From Escherichia phage HZ2R8: DNA of 39,482 nt. The first letter of the stretch is position 1. The number at the start of each line of letters is the position of its first letter. Location of the stretch: sequence record NC_047923.1; one strand, written 5' to 3'. Positions 27,206 to 37,598 of this stretch are shown in pieces. Made by a program: the position numbers and the translations under genes. The notes under the pieces are model-generated. The model was not told where the DNA came from and made no database searches. It saw nothing but the letters and a program-made list of their open reading frames with translations.

Positions 27206-27796
27206 ATGCGCTCATACGATATGAACGTTGAGACTGCCGCTGAGTTATCCGCTGTGAACGACATTCTGGCATCTATCGGTGAACCTCCGGTATCGACGCT
27301 TGAGGGTGACTCTAACGCAGACGTAGCGAACGCTCGGCGCATTCTCAACAAGATTAACAGACAGATTCAGTCTCGTGGCTGGACGTTCAACATTGAGGAA
27401 GGAGTAACGCTTCTGCCTGATGTGTTCTCCAACCTGATTGTATACAGCGACGACTATTTATCCCTAATGGCTACTTCTGGTCAATCCATCTACGTGAACA
27501 GAGGTGGCTATGTGTATGACCGAACGAGCAAAACAGACCGCTTTGACTCTGGTATTACCGTGAACATTATCCGTCTTCGAGACTACGATGAGATGCCTGA
27601 GTGCTTCCGTTACTGGATTGTCACTAAGGCTTCCCGTCAGTTCAATAACCGATTCTTTGGGGCACCGGAAGTAGAGGGCGTACTTCAAGAAGAGGAAGAT
27701 GAGGCTAGACGTCTCTGTATGGAGTACGAAGTGGACTACGGTGGGTACAATATGCTGGATGGTGATGCGTTCACTTCTGGTCTACTGACTCGCTAA
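27206..27796 (+). CDS. 11: Tail tubular protein A (gp11)
   Basis: 196-aa ORF; AAGGAGG SD; T7 gp11-like. Confidence 0.9.
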   Translation: MRSYDMNVETAAELSAVNDILASIGEPPVSTLEGDSNADVANARRILNKINRQIQSRGWTFNIEEGVTLLPDVFSNLIVYSDDYLSLMATSGQSIYVNRGGYVYDRTSKTDRFDSGITVNIIRLRDYDEMPECFRYWIVTKASRQFNNRFFGAPEVEGVLQEEEDEARRLCMEYEVDYGGYNMLDGDAFTSGLLTR

Positions 27797-27816
27797 TAAT
27801 TAATAAGGAGGCTCTA

Positions 27817-30204
27817 ATGGCACTCATTAGCCAATCAATTAAGAACTTGAAGGGTGGCATCAGTCAACAGCCTGACATCCTTCGTTATCCAGACCAAGGG
27901 TCACGCCAAGTTAATGGTTGGTCTTCGGAGACCGAGGGCCTCCAAAAGCGTCCACCAATGGTTTTCCTTAAGACCATAGGTGGTAGTGGCGACTTAGGTT
28001 CTGCACCTTATATCCACCTGATTAACCGAGATGAGAACGAGCAGTATTATGCTGTGTTCACTGGAAGCAGTATCCGTGTGTTCGACCTTGCTGGGAACGA
28101 GAAGCAGGTACGTTACCCCACAGACGGCTCTTCGTATATCCAAACAGCCAACCCTCGGAATGACCTGAGGATGGTCACAGTTGCTGACTATACGTTCATC
28201 GTCAATCGTAACGTCCGAGTCACAAGGAATACAAACTCTGTGAACCTAGCTGGGTTTAACCCTAAGCAGGATGCTTTGATAAACGTTCGCGGTGGTCAAT
28301 ATGGTCGAACATTGCAAATCATGATTAACGGTGGAACACAAGCGTCCTACCAGATTCCTGATGGTTCCCAACCAGCGCACGTTAATAATACTGACGCTCA
28401 ATGGTTGGCAGAAGAGTTGGCTAGACAGTGTAGGGCCAATGCGCCGGGATGGACGTTCAACGTTGGTCAAGGTTTCATCCACATTATAGCACCTGCTGGA
28501 CAACAGCTTGATTCCCTCATGACGAAGGATGGCTACGCTGACCAGTTGATTAACCCTGTTACTCACTACGCTCAGTCGTTCTCTAAGTTGCCGCCTAATG
28601 CCCCTGATGGGTACATGGTGAAAATCGTAGGTGATTCCTCTAAGTCTGCCGACCAGTATTATGTTCGGTATGACGCTACACGTAAGGTATGGACTGAGAC
28701 ACTAGGCTGGAACGTTAATAACCAACTACTGTATGAGACCATGCCACACGCTCTTGTACGGGCGTCTGATGGTAACTTTGAGTTCAGGTGGCTTGAGTGG
28801 GTACCAAAGACTTGTGGTGATGATGATACCAACCCTTGGCCTTCCTTCATGGACTCTACGATAAATGACGTGTTCTTCTTCCGTAACCGTTTAGGTTTCC
28901 TTAGTGGGGAGAACATTATCTTGAGTAGAACAGCTAAGTATTTCAACTTCTACCCAGCGTCCATCGCTAACTTGAGTGATGATGACCCTATCGACGTGGC
29001 TGTAAGTACCAACCGAATCGCTACACTTAAGTATGCCGTTCCGTTCTCAGAAGAGTTGCTCATCTGGTCAGACGAAGCACAATTCGTTTTGACTGCATCT
29101 GGTACTCTTACTGCACGTTCCGTTGAGTTGAACCTAACGACTCAATTTGACGTGCAGGACCGAGCGAGGCCGTTCGGGATTGGTCGTAACGTTTACTTTG
29201 CGAGTCCACGGTCCAGCTTTACGTCCATCCATCGGTACTACGCAGTGCAGGATGTGAGTTCCGTTAAGAACGCCGAGGACATTACAGCGCACGTTCCGAA
29301 CTACATACCTAATGGTGTGTACAGTATCTGCGGCTCAGGAACTGAGAACTTCTGTTCGGTTCTCTCTCAGGGAGACCCAAGTAAAATCTTCATGTACAAA
29401 TTTCTGTACCTCAATGAAGAGTTGAGACAACAGTCGTGGTCACATTGGGATTTTGGGGAAAACACGCAGGTGTTAGCGTGTCAGTCCATCAACTCAGATA
29501 TGTACATTATCCTACGTAATGAGTTCAATACGTTCCTAGCAAGGGTATCCTTTACGAAGAATGCTATTGACCTCAGTGGTGAGCCTTATCGTGCCTTTAT
29601 GGATATGAAGATTCGCTACACGATTCCATCTGGGACGTATAACGATGATGCCTATGAGACAGCCATTAACTTGTACAGTATCTATGGGGCAACCTTTGGT
29701 CGAGGGAAGATTACCGTTCTGGAACCTGATGGTAAGATTAACGAATTTGAACAACCTCAGGCTGGTTGGAACACTGACCCTTGGTTGCGACTGAGCGGTA
29801 ACTTAGATGGCAAGACTGTGTTCATTGGGTTCAATATTGACTTCATCTATGAGTTCTCTAAGTTCCTCATCAAGCAGACTGCCGACGATGGGTCTACCTC
29901 CACGGAAGACATAGGTCGCTTACAGTTACGCCGAGCGTGGGTTAACTATGAGAATTCTGGTACGTTCGATATTTATGTCGAGAACCAATCGTCTAACTGG
30001 AAGTACACTATGGCTGGTGCCCGCTTAGGTTCGAATACATTGAGGGCTGGGAGATTGAACCTAGGGACTGGACAGTATCGCTTCCCTGTAGTTGGTAACG
30101 CTAAGTACAACACTGTGTACATTGCATCCACTGAGACTACCCCATTGAATATCATTGGGTGTGGCTGGGAAGGTAACTACTTACGGAGAAGCTCCGGTAT
30201 CTAA
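27817..30204 (+). CDS. 12: Tail tubular protein B (gp12)
   Basis: 795-aa ORF MALISQSIKNLKGGISQQPD..., T7 gp12-like. Confidence 0.95.
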   Translation: MALISQSIKNLKGGISQQPDILRYPDQGSRQVNGWSSETEGLQKRPPMVFLKTIGGSGDLGSAPYIHLINRDENEQYYAVFTGSSIRVFDLAGNEKQVRYPTDGSSYIQTANPRNDLRMVTVADYTFIVNRNVRVTRNTNSVNLAGFNPKQDALINVRGGQYGRTLQIMINGGTQASYQIPDGSQPAHVNNTDAQWLAEELARQCRANAPGWTFNVGQGFIHIIAPAGQQLDSLMTKDGYADQLINPVTHYAQSFSKLPPNAPDGYMVKIVGDSSKSADQYYVRYDATRKVWTETLGWNVNNQLLYETMPHALVRASDGNFEFRWLEWVPKTCGDDDTNPWPSFMDSTINDVFFFRNRLGFLSGENIILSRTAKYFNFYPASIANLSDDDPIDVAVSTNRIATLKYAVPFSEELLIWSDEAQFVLTASGTLTARSVELNLTTQFDVQDRARPFGIGRNVYFASPRSSFTSIHRYYAVQDVSSVKNAEDITAHVPNYIPNGVYSICGSGTENFCSVLSQGDPSKIFMYKFLYLNEELRQQSWSHWDFGENTQVLACQSINSDMYIILRNEFNTFLARVSFTKNAIDLSGEPYRAFMDMKIRYTIPSGTYNDDAYETAINLYSIYGATFGRGKITVLEPDGKINEFEQPQAGWNTDPWLRLSGNLDGKTVFIGFNIDFIYEFSKFLIKQTADDGSTSTEDIGRLQLRRAWVNYENSGTFDIYVENQSSNWKYTMAGARLGSNTLRAGRLNLGTGQYRFPVVGNAKYNTVYIASTETTPLNIIGCGWEGNYLRRSSGI

Positions 30205-30233
30205 CTACTAACGGTTCTCCCTATGGTGACAAT

Positions 30234-30256
30234 TAATACGACTCACTATAGGGAGA
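30234..30256 (+). promoter_or_regulatory. Phage RNAP promoter phi13 (perfect consensus)
   Basis: TAATACGACTCACTATAGGGAGA. Confidence 0.9.
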
Positions 30257-30283
30257 ACAATACGACTACGGGAGGGTTTTCTT

Positions 30284-30700
30284 ATGATGATTATAAGACC
30301 TACTAAAAGTACAGACTTTGAGGTATTCACTCCGGCTCACCATGACATTCTTGAAGCTAAGGCTGCTGGTATTGAGCCGAGTTTCCCAGATGCTTCCGAG
30401 TGTGTCACGTTGAGCCTATATGGGTTCCCTCTAGCCATTGGTGGTAATTGTGGGGACCAGTGCTGGTTCGTAACGAGCGACCAAGTGTGGAGACTCAGTG
30501 GAAAAGCTAAGCGAGAGTTCCGCAAGTTAATCATTGAGTATCGCGATAAGATGCTTGAGAAGTATGATACTCTTTGGAATTACGTGTGGGTAGGCAATAC
30601 GTCTCACATTCGTTTCCTCAAGACTATCGGTGCGGTATTCCATGAAGAGTACACATGCGATGGTCAATTTCAATTATTCACAATAACGAAAGGAGGGTGA
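30284..30700 (+). CDS. 13: Internal virion protein A (gp13)
   Basis: 138-aa ORF after phi13. Confidence 0.85.
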   Translation: MMIIRPTKSTDFEVFTPAHHDILEAKAAGIEPSFPDASECVTLSLYGFPLAIGGNCGDQCWFVTSDQVWRLSGKAKREFRKLIIEYRDKMLEKYDTLWNYVWVGNTSHIRFLKTIGAVFHEEYTCDGQFQLFTITKGG

Positions 30701-30703
30701 TTT

Positions 30704-31294
30704 ATGTGTTGGCCTGCTGCAATACCAATCGCACTAGCTGGCGCTCAGGCTATCGGTAGTCAGAACGCTCAAGCTAAAATGATAGCCGCACAGACAGCCG
30801 CTGGTCGTCGTCAAGCCTTTGAGCTTATGAAGCAGACGAACATCCAGAATGCTGACCTATCGTTGCAAGCTCGAAGTAAACTCGAGGAAGCGTCCGCTGA
30901 GTTGACCTCACAGAACATGCAGAAGGTCCAAGCTATGGGGTCTATCCGCGCGGCTATCGGAGAAAGTATGCTTGAAGGTTCCTCAATGGACCGCATTAAG
31001 CGAGTAACCGAGGGTCAGTTCATTCGTGAAGCCAATATGGTCACGGATAACTACCGTAGAGACTACCAAGCAATCTTCGCGCAGCAACTTGGTGGAACTC
31101 AAAGTGCTGCAAGCCAGATTAGCGAAATCTATAAGGGTGAACAGAAGCAGAAGAGTAAACTACAGATGGTTCTGGACCCACTGGCTATCATGGGGTCTTC
31201 CGCTGCGAGTGCTTACGCATCCGGTGCGTTTGACTCTAAGCCCACAACTAAGGCACCTATTGTTGCCGCTAAAGGAACCAAGACGGGGAGGTAA
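30704..31294 (+). CDS. 14: Internal virion protein B (gp14)
   Basis: 196-aa ORF, T7 gp14-like. Confidence 0.85.
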   Translation: MCWPAAIPIALAGAQAIGSQNAQAKMIAAQTAAGRRQAFELMKQTNIQNADLSLQARSKLEEASAELTSQNMQKVQAMGSIRAAIGESMLEGSSMDRIKRVTEGQFIREANMVTDNYRRDYQAIFAQQLGGTQSAASQISEIYKGEQKQKSKLQMVLDPLAIMGSSAASAYASGAFDSKPTTKAPIVAAKGTKTGR

Positions 31295-31300
31295 TGAGCT

Positions 31301-33544
31301 ATGAGTAAAATTGAATCTGCCCTTCAAGCGGCACAACCGGGACTCTCTCGGTTACGTAGTGGCGCTGGTGGTATGGGCTATCGTGCAGCAACTACTCAGG
31401 CCGAACAGCCTAAGTCAAGCCTATTGGACACCATTGGTCGGTTCGCTCAGGCTGGTGCTGATATGTATACCGCTAAGGAGCAACGAGCGCGCGACCTAGC
31501 TGACGAACGCTCTAACGAGATTATTCGTAAGCTGACTCCTGAGCAACGCCGAGAAGCTCTCAACAACGGGACCCTGCTGTATCAGGATGACCCATACGCT
31601 ATGGAAGCACTACGAGTCAAGACTGGTCGTAACGCTGCGTACCTAGTTGATGATGACGTTATGCAGAAGGTCAAAGAAGGTGTATTCCGTACTCGTGAAG
31701 AGATGGAACAGTATCGCCATAGTCGTCTTCAAGAGGGCGCTAAGGCATACGCTGAGCAGTTCGGTATTGACCCCGAGGACGTTGATTATCAGCGTGGTTT
31801 TAACGGAGACATTACCGAGCGTAACATATCGCTGTATGGTGCTCACGATAACTTCTTGAGCCAGCAAGCTCAGAAGGGTGCCATCATGAACAGCCGAGTG
31901 GAACTCAACGGTGTCCTTCAAGACCCTGATATGCTTCGCCGCCCAGACTCTGCTGACTTCTTTGAGAAGTACATCGACAACGGTCTGGTTACTGGGGCAA
32001 TCCCATCTGATGCTCAAGCCACACAGCTTATAAGCCAAGCGTTCAGTGACGCTTCTAGCCGTGCTGGTGGTGCTGACTTCCTGATGCGAGTCGGTGACAA
32101 GAAGGTAACACTTAATGGGGCCACTACGACTTACCGAGAGTTGATGGGTGAAGAACAGTGGAATGCTCTCATGGTCACAGCGCAACGTTCTCAGTTTGAG
32201 AATGACGCTAAGCTGAACGAGCAGTACCGCTTGAAGATTAACTCTGCGCTGAACCAAGAGGACCCTCGTACTGCGTGGGAGATGCTTCAAGGTATCAAGG
32301 CTGAACTCGATAAGGTTCAACCTGATGAGCAGATGACACCGCAACGTGAGTGGCTAATCTCGGCACAGGAACAAGTCCAGAATCAGATGAACGCATGGAC
32401 GAAGGCTCAAGCCAAAGCTCTGGATGACTCAATGAAGTCTATGAACAAACTTAACGTAATCGACAAGCAATTCCAGAAGCGAATCAATGGTGAGTGGGTC
32501 TCAACGGACTTTAAGGATATGCCAGTCAACGAGAACACTGGTGAGTTCAAGCATAGTGATATGGTTAACTACGCCAATAATAAGCTCGCTGAGATTGACC
32601 GCATGGACATCCCAGATAGCGCCAAGGACATGCTGAAGTTGAAATACCTTCAAGCGGACTCTAAGGACGGGGCATTCCGCACAGCAATCGGAACTATGGT
32701 GACTGACGCTGCTCAAGAGTGGTCTGCCGCTGTTATTAACGGTAAGTTACCAGAACGAACCCCAGCTCTGGATGCTCTACGTAGAATACGTAATGCCGAC
32801 CCTCAGTTGATTGCTGCGCTATACCCAGACCAAGCTGAGTTATTTCTGACGATGGACATGATGGACAAGCAAGGTCTTGACCCTCAGCTTATTCTTGATG
32901 CCGACAGACTGGCTGTTAAGCGGTCCAAAGAGCAACGCTTTGAGGATGATAAAGCATTCGAGTCTGCACTGAACGCATCTAAGGCTCCTGAGATTGCCCG
33001 TATGCCAGCGTCACTGCGCGAATCTGCACGTAAGATTTATGACTCCGTTAAGTATCGCTCAGGGAACGAAAGTATGGCTATGGAGCAGATGACCAAGTTC
33101 CTTAAGGAATCTACCTACACGTTCACTGGTGATGATGTTGATGGTGATACCATTGGTGTGATTCCGAAGAACATGATGCAAGTCAACTCTGACCCGAAAT
33201 CATGGGAGCAAGGTCGGGATATTCTGGAGGAAGCCCGTAAAGGAATCATAGCGAACAACAAGTGGATTACCAATAAGCAACTAACCATGTATTCTCAAGG
33301 TGATTCCATTTACCTTATGGATACCACTGGTCAAGTGCGAATCCGGTATGACAAAGAGCTGCTCGCTAAGGTCTGGAGTGAGAACCAGAAGAAACTTGAA
33401 GAGAAAGCACGCGAGAAGGCATTGAAGGATGCCAACAAGCGAGCACCTATCACTGCCGCTACTAAGGCCCGTGAAGCTGGAGCTAAGAGAGTACGGGATA
33501 AACGTAAACAGGTTCCTAAGTTCATCTATGGACGTAAGGAGTAA
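31301..33544 (+). CDS. 15: Internal virion protein C (gp15)
   Basis: 747-aa ORF, same length and close match to T7 gp15. Confidence 0.9.
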   Translation: MSKIESALQAAQPGLSRLRSGAGGMGYRAATTQAEQPKSSLLDTIGRFAQAGADMYTAKEQRARDLADERSNEIIRKLTPEQRREALNNGTLLYQDDPYAMEALRVKTGRNAAYLVDDDVMQKVKEGVFRTREEMEQYRHSRLQEGAKAYAEQFGIDPEDVDYQRGFNGDITERNISLYGAHDNFLSQQAQKGAIMNSRVELNGVLQDPDMLRRPDSADFFEKYIDNGLVTGAIPSDAQATQLISQAFSDASSRAGGADFLMRVGDKKVTLNGATTTYRELMGEEQWNALMVTAQRSQFENDAKLNEQYRLKINSALNQEDPRTAWEMLQGIKAELDKVQPDEQMTPQREWLISAQEQVQNQMNAWTKAQAKALDDSMKSMNKLNVIDKQFQKRINGEWVSTDFKDMPVNENTGEFKHSDMVNYANNKLAEIDRMDIPDSAKDMLKLKYLQADSKDGAFRTAIGTMVTDAAQEWSAAVINGKLPERTPALDALRRIRNADPQLIAALYPDQAELFLTMDMMDKQGLDPQLILDADRLAVKRSKEQRFEDDKAFESALNASKAPEIARMPASLRESARKIYDSVKYRSGNESMAMEQMTKFLKESTYTFTGDDVDGDTIGVIPKNMMQVNSDPKSWEQGRDILEEARKGIIANNKWITNKQLTMYSQGDSIYLMDTTGQVRIRYDKELLAKVWSENQKKLEEKAREKALKDANKRAPITAATKAREAGAKRVRDKRKQVPKFIYGRKE

Positions 33545-33569
33545 TTAAGGCTACATAAGGAGGCCCTAA

Positions 33570-36500
33570 ATGGATAAGTACGATAAGAACGTACCAAGTG
33601 AGTATGACGGTCTGTTCCAAAAGGCGGCTGATGCCAACGGGGTCTCTTATGACCTTTTACGTAAAGTCGCTTGGACAGAATCACGGTTTCAACCCACAGC
33701 CAAGTCTAAAACTGGACCACTGGGCATGATGCAGTTCACCAAGGCCACGGCTAAGGCTATGGGATTGCGAGTAACAGATGGTCCTGATGACGACCGACTT
33801 AACCCTGAATTGGCTATCAACGCTGCCGCTAAGCACCTTGCAGGTCTGGTAGGTAAATTTGATGGTGATGAACTCAAAGCTGCCCTTGCGTATAACCAAG
33901 GCGAGGGACGCTTGGGGAATCCACAACTTGAAGCGTACTCTAAGGGAGACTTCTCATCCATCTCCGAGGAAGGTCGTAATTATCTGCGCAATCTTCTGGA
34001 TGTAGCTAAGTCTCCTATGTCTGGACAACTGGAAGCATTTGGTGGCATCACCCCAAAGGGTAAAGGCATTCCGGCTGATGTTGGACTGGCTGGGATTGGT
34101 CATAAGCAGAAAGTGACACAGGAACTTCCTGAGTCCACAAGTTTTGACGTTAAGGGTATCGAACAGGAGGCTCCGGCGAAACCATTCGCCAAGGACTTTT
34201 GGGAGACCCACGGAGAAACACTTGACGAGTACAACAGCCGTTCAACCTTCTTCGGATTCAAAGACGCTGCCGAAGCTGAACTCTCCAACTCAGTCGCTGG
34301 GATGGCTTTCCGTGCTGGTCGTCTTGATAATGGTTTTGACGTGTTTAAAGACACCATTACGCCGACTCGCTGGAACTCTCACATCTGGACTCCAGAGGAG
34401 TTAGAGAAGATTCGCACAGAGGTTAAGAACCCTGCGTACATCAACGTGGTGACTGGTGGTTCTCCTGAGAATCTTGACGAACTCATCAAGTTAGCTAATG
34501 AGAACTTTGAGGCGGATTTACGGAAATCAGAGGCCGGACTAGGAGCACAGCTTAGTGCTGGTATTATCGGTGCTGGTGTGGACCCACTCAGTTATGTTCC
34601 TATGGTTGGTGTGACTGGTAAGGGCTTTAAATTAATCAATAAGGCGCTTGTTGTTGGCGCTGAGAGTGCAGCACTTAACGTAGCCTCCGAGGGACTTCGA
34701 ACCTCTGTGGCTGGTGGTGACTCGGACTATGCAGGCGCTGCCTTAGGTGGTTTTGTGTTTGGTGCTGGTATGTCCGCAATCAGTGACGCTATCGCTGCTG
34801 GACTAAAACGGGGTAAGCCGGAAGCTGAGTTCGACAATGAGTTCATTGGTCCTATGATGCGAATGGAAGCCCGAGAGACAGCGCGTAACGCCAACTCTGC
34901 GGACCTCTCTAGGATTAACACTGAGAACATGAAGTTTGAAGGTGAATACAAAGGCGTTCCTTATGAGGAACTTCCGACCGAAAAGGGTGCTGTGGTTCTC
35001 CATGACGGCTCCATACTTAGTGCGAGCAACCCAATCAACCCCAAGACTCTCAAAGAGTTCTCCGAGGTTGACCCTGAGAAAGCGGCACGAGGTATCAAAT
35101 TAGCAGGGTTCACTGAGATTGGGTTAAAGACCTTAGGCTCAGACGACGCTGATATTCGACGGGTAGCTATTGACCTAGTGCGGTCTCCTACCGGAATGCA
35201 ATCAGGTTCCTCAGGCAAGTATGGCTCAACAGCTTCTGACATTTTCGAGAAACTTCGTGGCACTGACCAGCGTACTTACAACGACCTGTATAAGGCAATG
35301 TCTGACGCGATGAAAGACCCTGAGTTCTCCACTGGAGGCGCTAAGATGTCTCGCGAAGAAGCTCGTTACACTATCGAGCGTCGAGTGGCCTTGGCTATTG
35401 AGAACCCTGAGCTACAGAAGGCTTTAACTCCTAACGAGCGAATCGTAATGGACATCGTTAAGCGCCATTATGACACCAAGCGTGAACTCATGGAGAACCC
35501 TGCTGTCTTTGGTAATACGAAGGCTGTGAGCATCTTCCCAGAGAGTCGCCACAAGGGCACATATGTTCCACATGTGTACGACAAATACGCTAAGGCACTC
35601 AAACTTCAACGCTATGGTGCTGAGGGCTTACAGGAAGGTATCGCTCGGTCATGGATGTGTAGCTACGATTTGAGACCTGCGGTAAAGGCCCGTATTGACG
35701 AAGCACTTAAAGAGATGCACGGTGTAGAGGAAGTCACTCATGATATGGTGTATAAGTACGCTATGGATAAAGCATACGGTATCTCTCACTCAGACAGGTT
35801 CACTAATAGCTCCATCATTGAGGAGAACATTGAGGGTCTTGTTGGTATTGAGAATAACTCATTCCTTGAAGCACGAAACCTCTTTGACTCCGACTTAGCA
35901 ATCACCATGCCAGATGGTGAGCAATTCTCTGTGAACGATTTGAGGGACTTTAGTATGTTCCGTATCATGCCAGCGTATGACCGCCGTATCAACGGTGACA
36001 TCGCAATCATGGGGTCTACTGGTAAAACCACTAAGGAACTTAAGGATGAGATTTTAGCTCTCAAAGCGAAAGCTGAGGGTGACGGTAAGAAGACTGGCGA
36101 GGTTCACGCTCTAATGGATACCGTTAAGATTCTTACTGGGCGTGCTAGACGCAATCAGGACACTGTGTGGGAAACCTCACTGCGTGCCATCAATGACCTA
36201 GGGTTCTTTGCTAAGAACGCCTATATGGGCGCTCAGAACCTTACGGAGATTGCTGGGATGATTGCCACTGGTAACATGCGCGCTCTTGGTCATGGTATAC
36301 CAATTCTACGTGATACCCTCTACAAGTCTAAACCAGTTTCCGCTAAGGAACTTAAGGAATTACACTCGGCTCTATTCGGTAAGGAGGTGGACCAGTTGAT
36401 TAGACCTCAACGTGCTGACATAGTGCAGCGTCTAAGGGAAGCAACTGATACAGGACCTGTGGTTGCGAACATTGTAGGGACCTTGAAGTATTCCACACAG

Positions 36501-37526
36501 GAACTAGCTGCTCGCTCTCCGTGGACTAAGCTGCTTAATGGAACCACTAACTATCTTCTGGATGCTGCGCGTCAAGGTATGCTTGGGGACGTTATTAGTG
36601 CTACCCTATCTGGGAAGACTACCCGTTGGGAGAAGGAAGGATTCCTCCGTGGCGCGTCAGTTACACCTGAGCAGATGAAAGGAATCAAGGCACTCATTAA
36701 GGAACACATGGTGCGTGGTGAGGATGGTAAGTATACCGTTAAGGATAAGCACGCGTTCTCTATGGACCCAAGGGCTATGGACTTATGGCGACTGGCTGAC
36801 AAGGTAGCTGACGAGGCAATGCTGCGTCCGCATAAGGTGTCCTTACAGGATTCACATGCGTTCGGAGCATTAGGTAAGATGGTGATGCAGTTTAAGTCTT
36901 TCACCATTAAATCCCTTAACTCTAAGTTTCTGCGAACCTTCTACGATGGGTACAAGAACAACCGAGCGATTGACGCTGCGCTGACTGGTATCATCTCTAT
37001 GGGTCTCGCTGGTGGTTACTACGCTATGGCTGCACACGTCAAAGCGTATGGAATGCCTAAGGAGAAACGTAAAGAATACTTGGAGCGTGCATTGGACCCA
37101 ACCATGATTGCCCACGCTTCGTTGTCTCGTAGTTCTCAATTAGGTGCTCCTTTGGCTATGGCTGACCTAGTTGGTGGCCTGTTCGGGGTTGAGTCCTCAA
37201 AGATGGCTCGCTCTACGATTCTGCCTAAAGACACCATGAGGGAGCGTGACCCTAATAAGCCTTATACCTCGTGGGAGGTAATGGGTAATATGGGTTCCAA
37301 CATTCTTGAACAGATGCCATCGGCTGGATTTGTGGCTAACGTTGGGGCTTCCCTACTTAATACTGCTGGCGTGGTGAATGCTCCTAACAAAGCCACTGAG
37401 CAGGACTTCATGACTGGTCTCATGAACTCCACAAAAGAGTTAGTACCAAACGACCCATTGACGCAACAGCTTGTGTTGAAGATTTATGAGGCGAATGGTG
37501 TTAACTTGAGGGAGCGTCGGAAATAA
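33570..37526 (+). CDS. 16: Internal virion protein D (gp16) with N-terminal lytic transglycosylase domain
   Basis: 1318-aa ORF; N-terminal SLT-like motif region (...TESRFQP...GPLGMMQF...AYNQGEG); same length as T7 gp16. Confidence 0.95.
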   Translation: MDKYDKNVPSEYDGLFQKAADANGVSYDLLRKVAWTESRFQPTAKSKTGPLGMMQFTKATAKAMGLRVTDGPDDDRLNPELAINAAAKHLAGLVGKFDGDELKAALAYNQGEGRLGNPQLEAYSKGDFSSISEEGRNYLRNLLDVAKSPMSGQLEAFGGITPKGKGIPADVGLAGIGHKQKVTQELPESTSFDVKGIEQEAPAKPFAKDFWETHGETLDEYNSRSTFFGFKDAAEAELSNSVAGMAFRAGRLDNGFDVFKDTITPTRWNSHIWTPEELEKIRTEVKNPAYINVVTGGSPENLDELIKLANENFEADLRKSEAGLGAQLSAGIIGAGVDPLSYVPMVGVTGKGFKLINKALVVGAESAALNVASEGLRTSVAGGDSDYAGAALGGFVFGAGMSAISDAIAAGLKRGKPEAEFDNEFIGPMMRMEARETARNANSADLSRINTENMKFEGEYKGVPYEELPTEKGAVVLHDGSILSASNPINPKTLKEFSEVDPEKAARGIKLAGFTEIGLKTLGSDDADIRRVAIDLVRSPTGMQSGSSGKYGSTASDIFEKLRGTDQRTYNDLYKAMSDAMKDPEFSTGGAKMSREEARYTIERRVALAIENPELQKALTPNERIVMDIVKRHYDTKRELMENPAVFGNTKAVSIFPESRHKGTYVPHVYDKYAKALKLQRYGAEGLQEGIARSWMCSYDLRPAVKARIDEALKEMHGVEEVTHDMVYKYAMDKAYGISHSDRFTNSSIIEENIEGLVGIENNSFLEARNLFDSDLAITMPDGEQFSVNDLRDFSMFRIMPAYDRRINGDIAIMGSTGKTTKELKDEILALKAKAEGDGKKTGEVHALMDTVKILTGRARRNQDTVWETSLRAINDLGFFAKNAYMGAQNLTEIAGMIATGNMRALGHGIPILRDTLYKSKPVSAKELKELHSALFGKEVDQLIRPQRADIVQRLREATDTGPVVANIVGTLKYSTQELAARSPWTKLLNGTTNYLLDAARQGMLGDVISATLSGKTTRWEKEGFLRGASVTPEQMKGIKALIKEHMVRGEDGKYTVKDKHAFSMDPRAMDLWRLADKVADEAMLRPHKVSLQDSHAFGALGKMVMQFKSFTIKSLNSKFLRTFYDGYKNNRAIDAALTGIISMGLAGGYYAMAAHVKAYGMPKEKRKEYLERALDPTMIAHASLSRSSQLGAPLAMADLVGGLFGVESSKMARSTILPKDTMRERDPNKPYTSWEVMGNMGSNILEQMPSAGFVANVGASLLNTAGVVNAPNKATEQDFMTGLMNSTKELVPNDPLTQQLVLKIYEANGVNLRERRK

Positions 37527-37546
37527 TACGACTCACTATAGGGAGA
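37524..37546 (+). promoter_or_regulatory. Phage RNAP promoter phi17 (perfect consensus)
   Basis: TAATACGACTCACTATAGGGAGA; overlaps the gene 16 stop. Confidence 0.9.
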
Positions 37547-37598
37547 GGCGAAAGAATCTTCTCCCTGTAGTCTCTTAGATTTAATTTAAGGAGGTCAA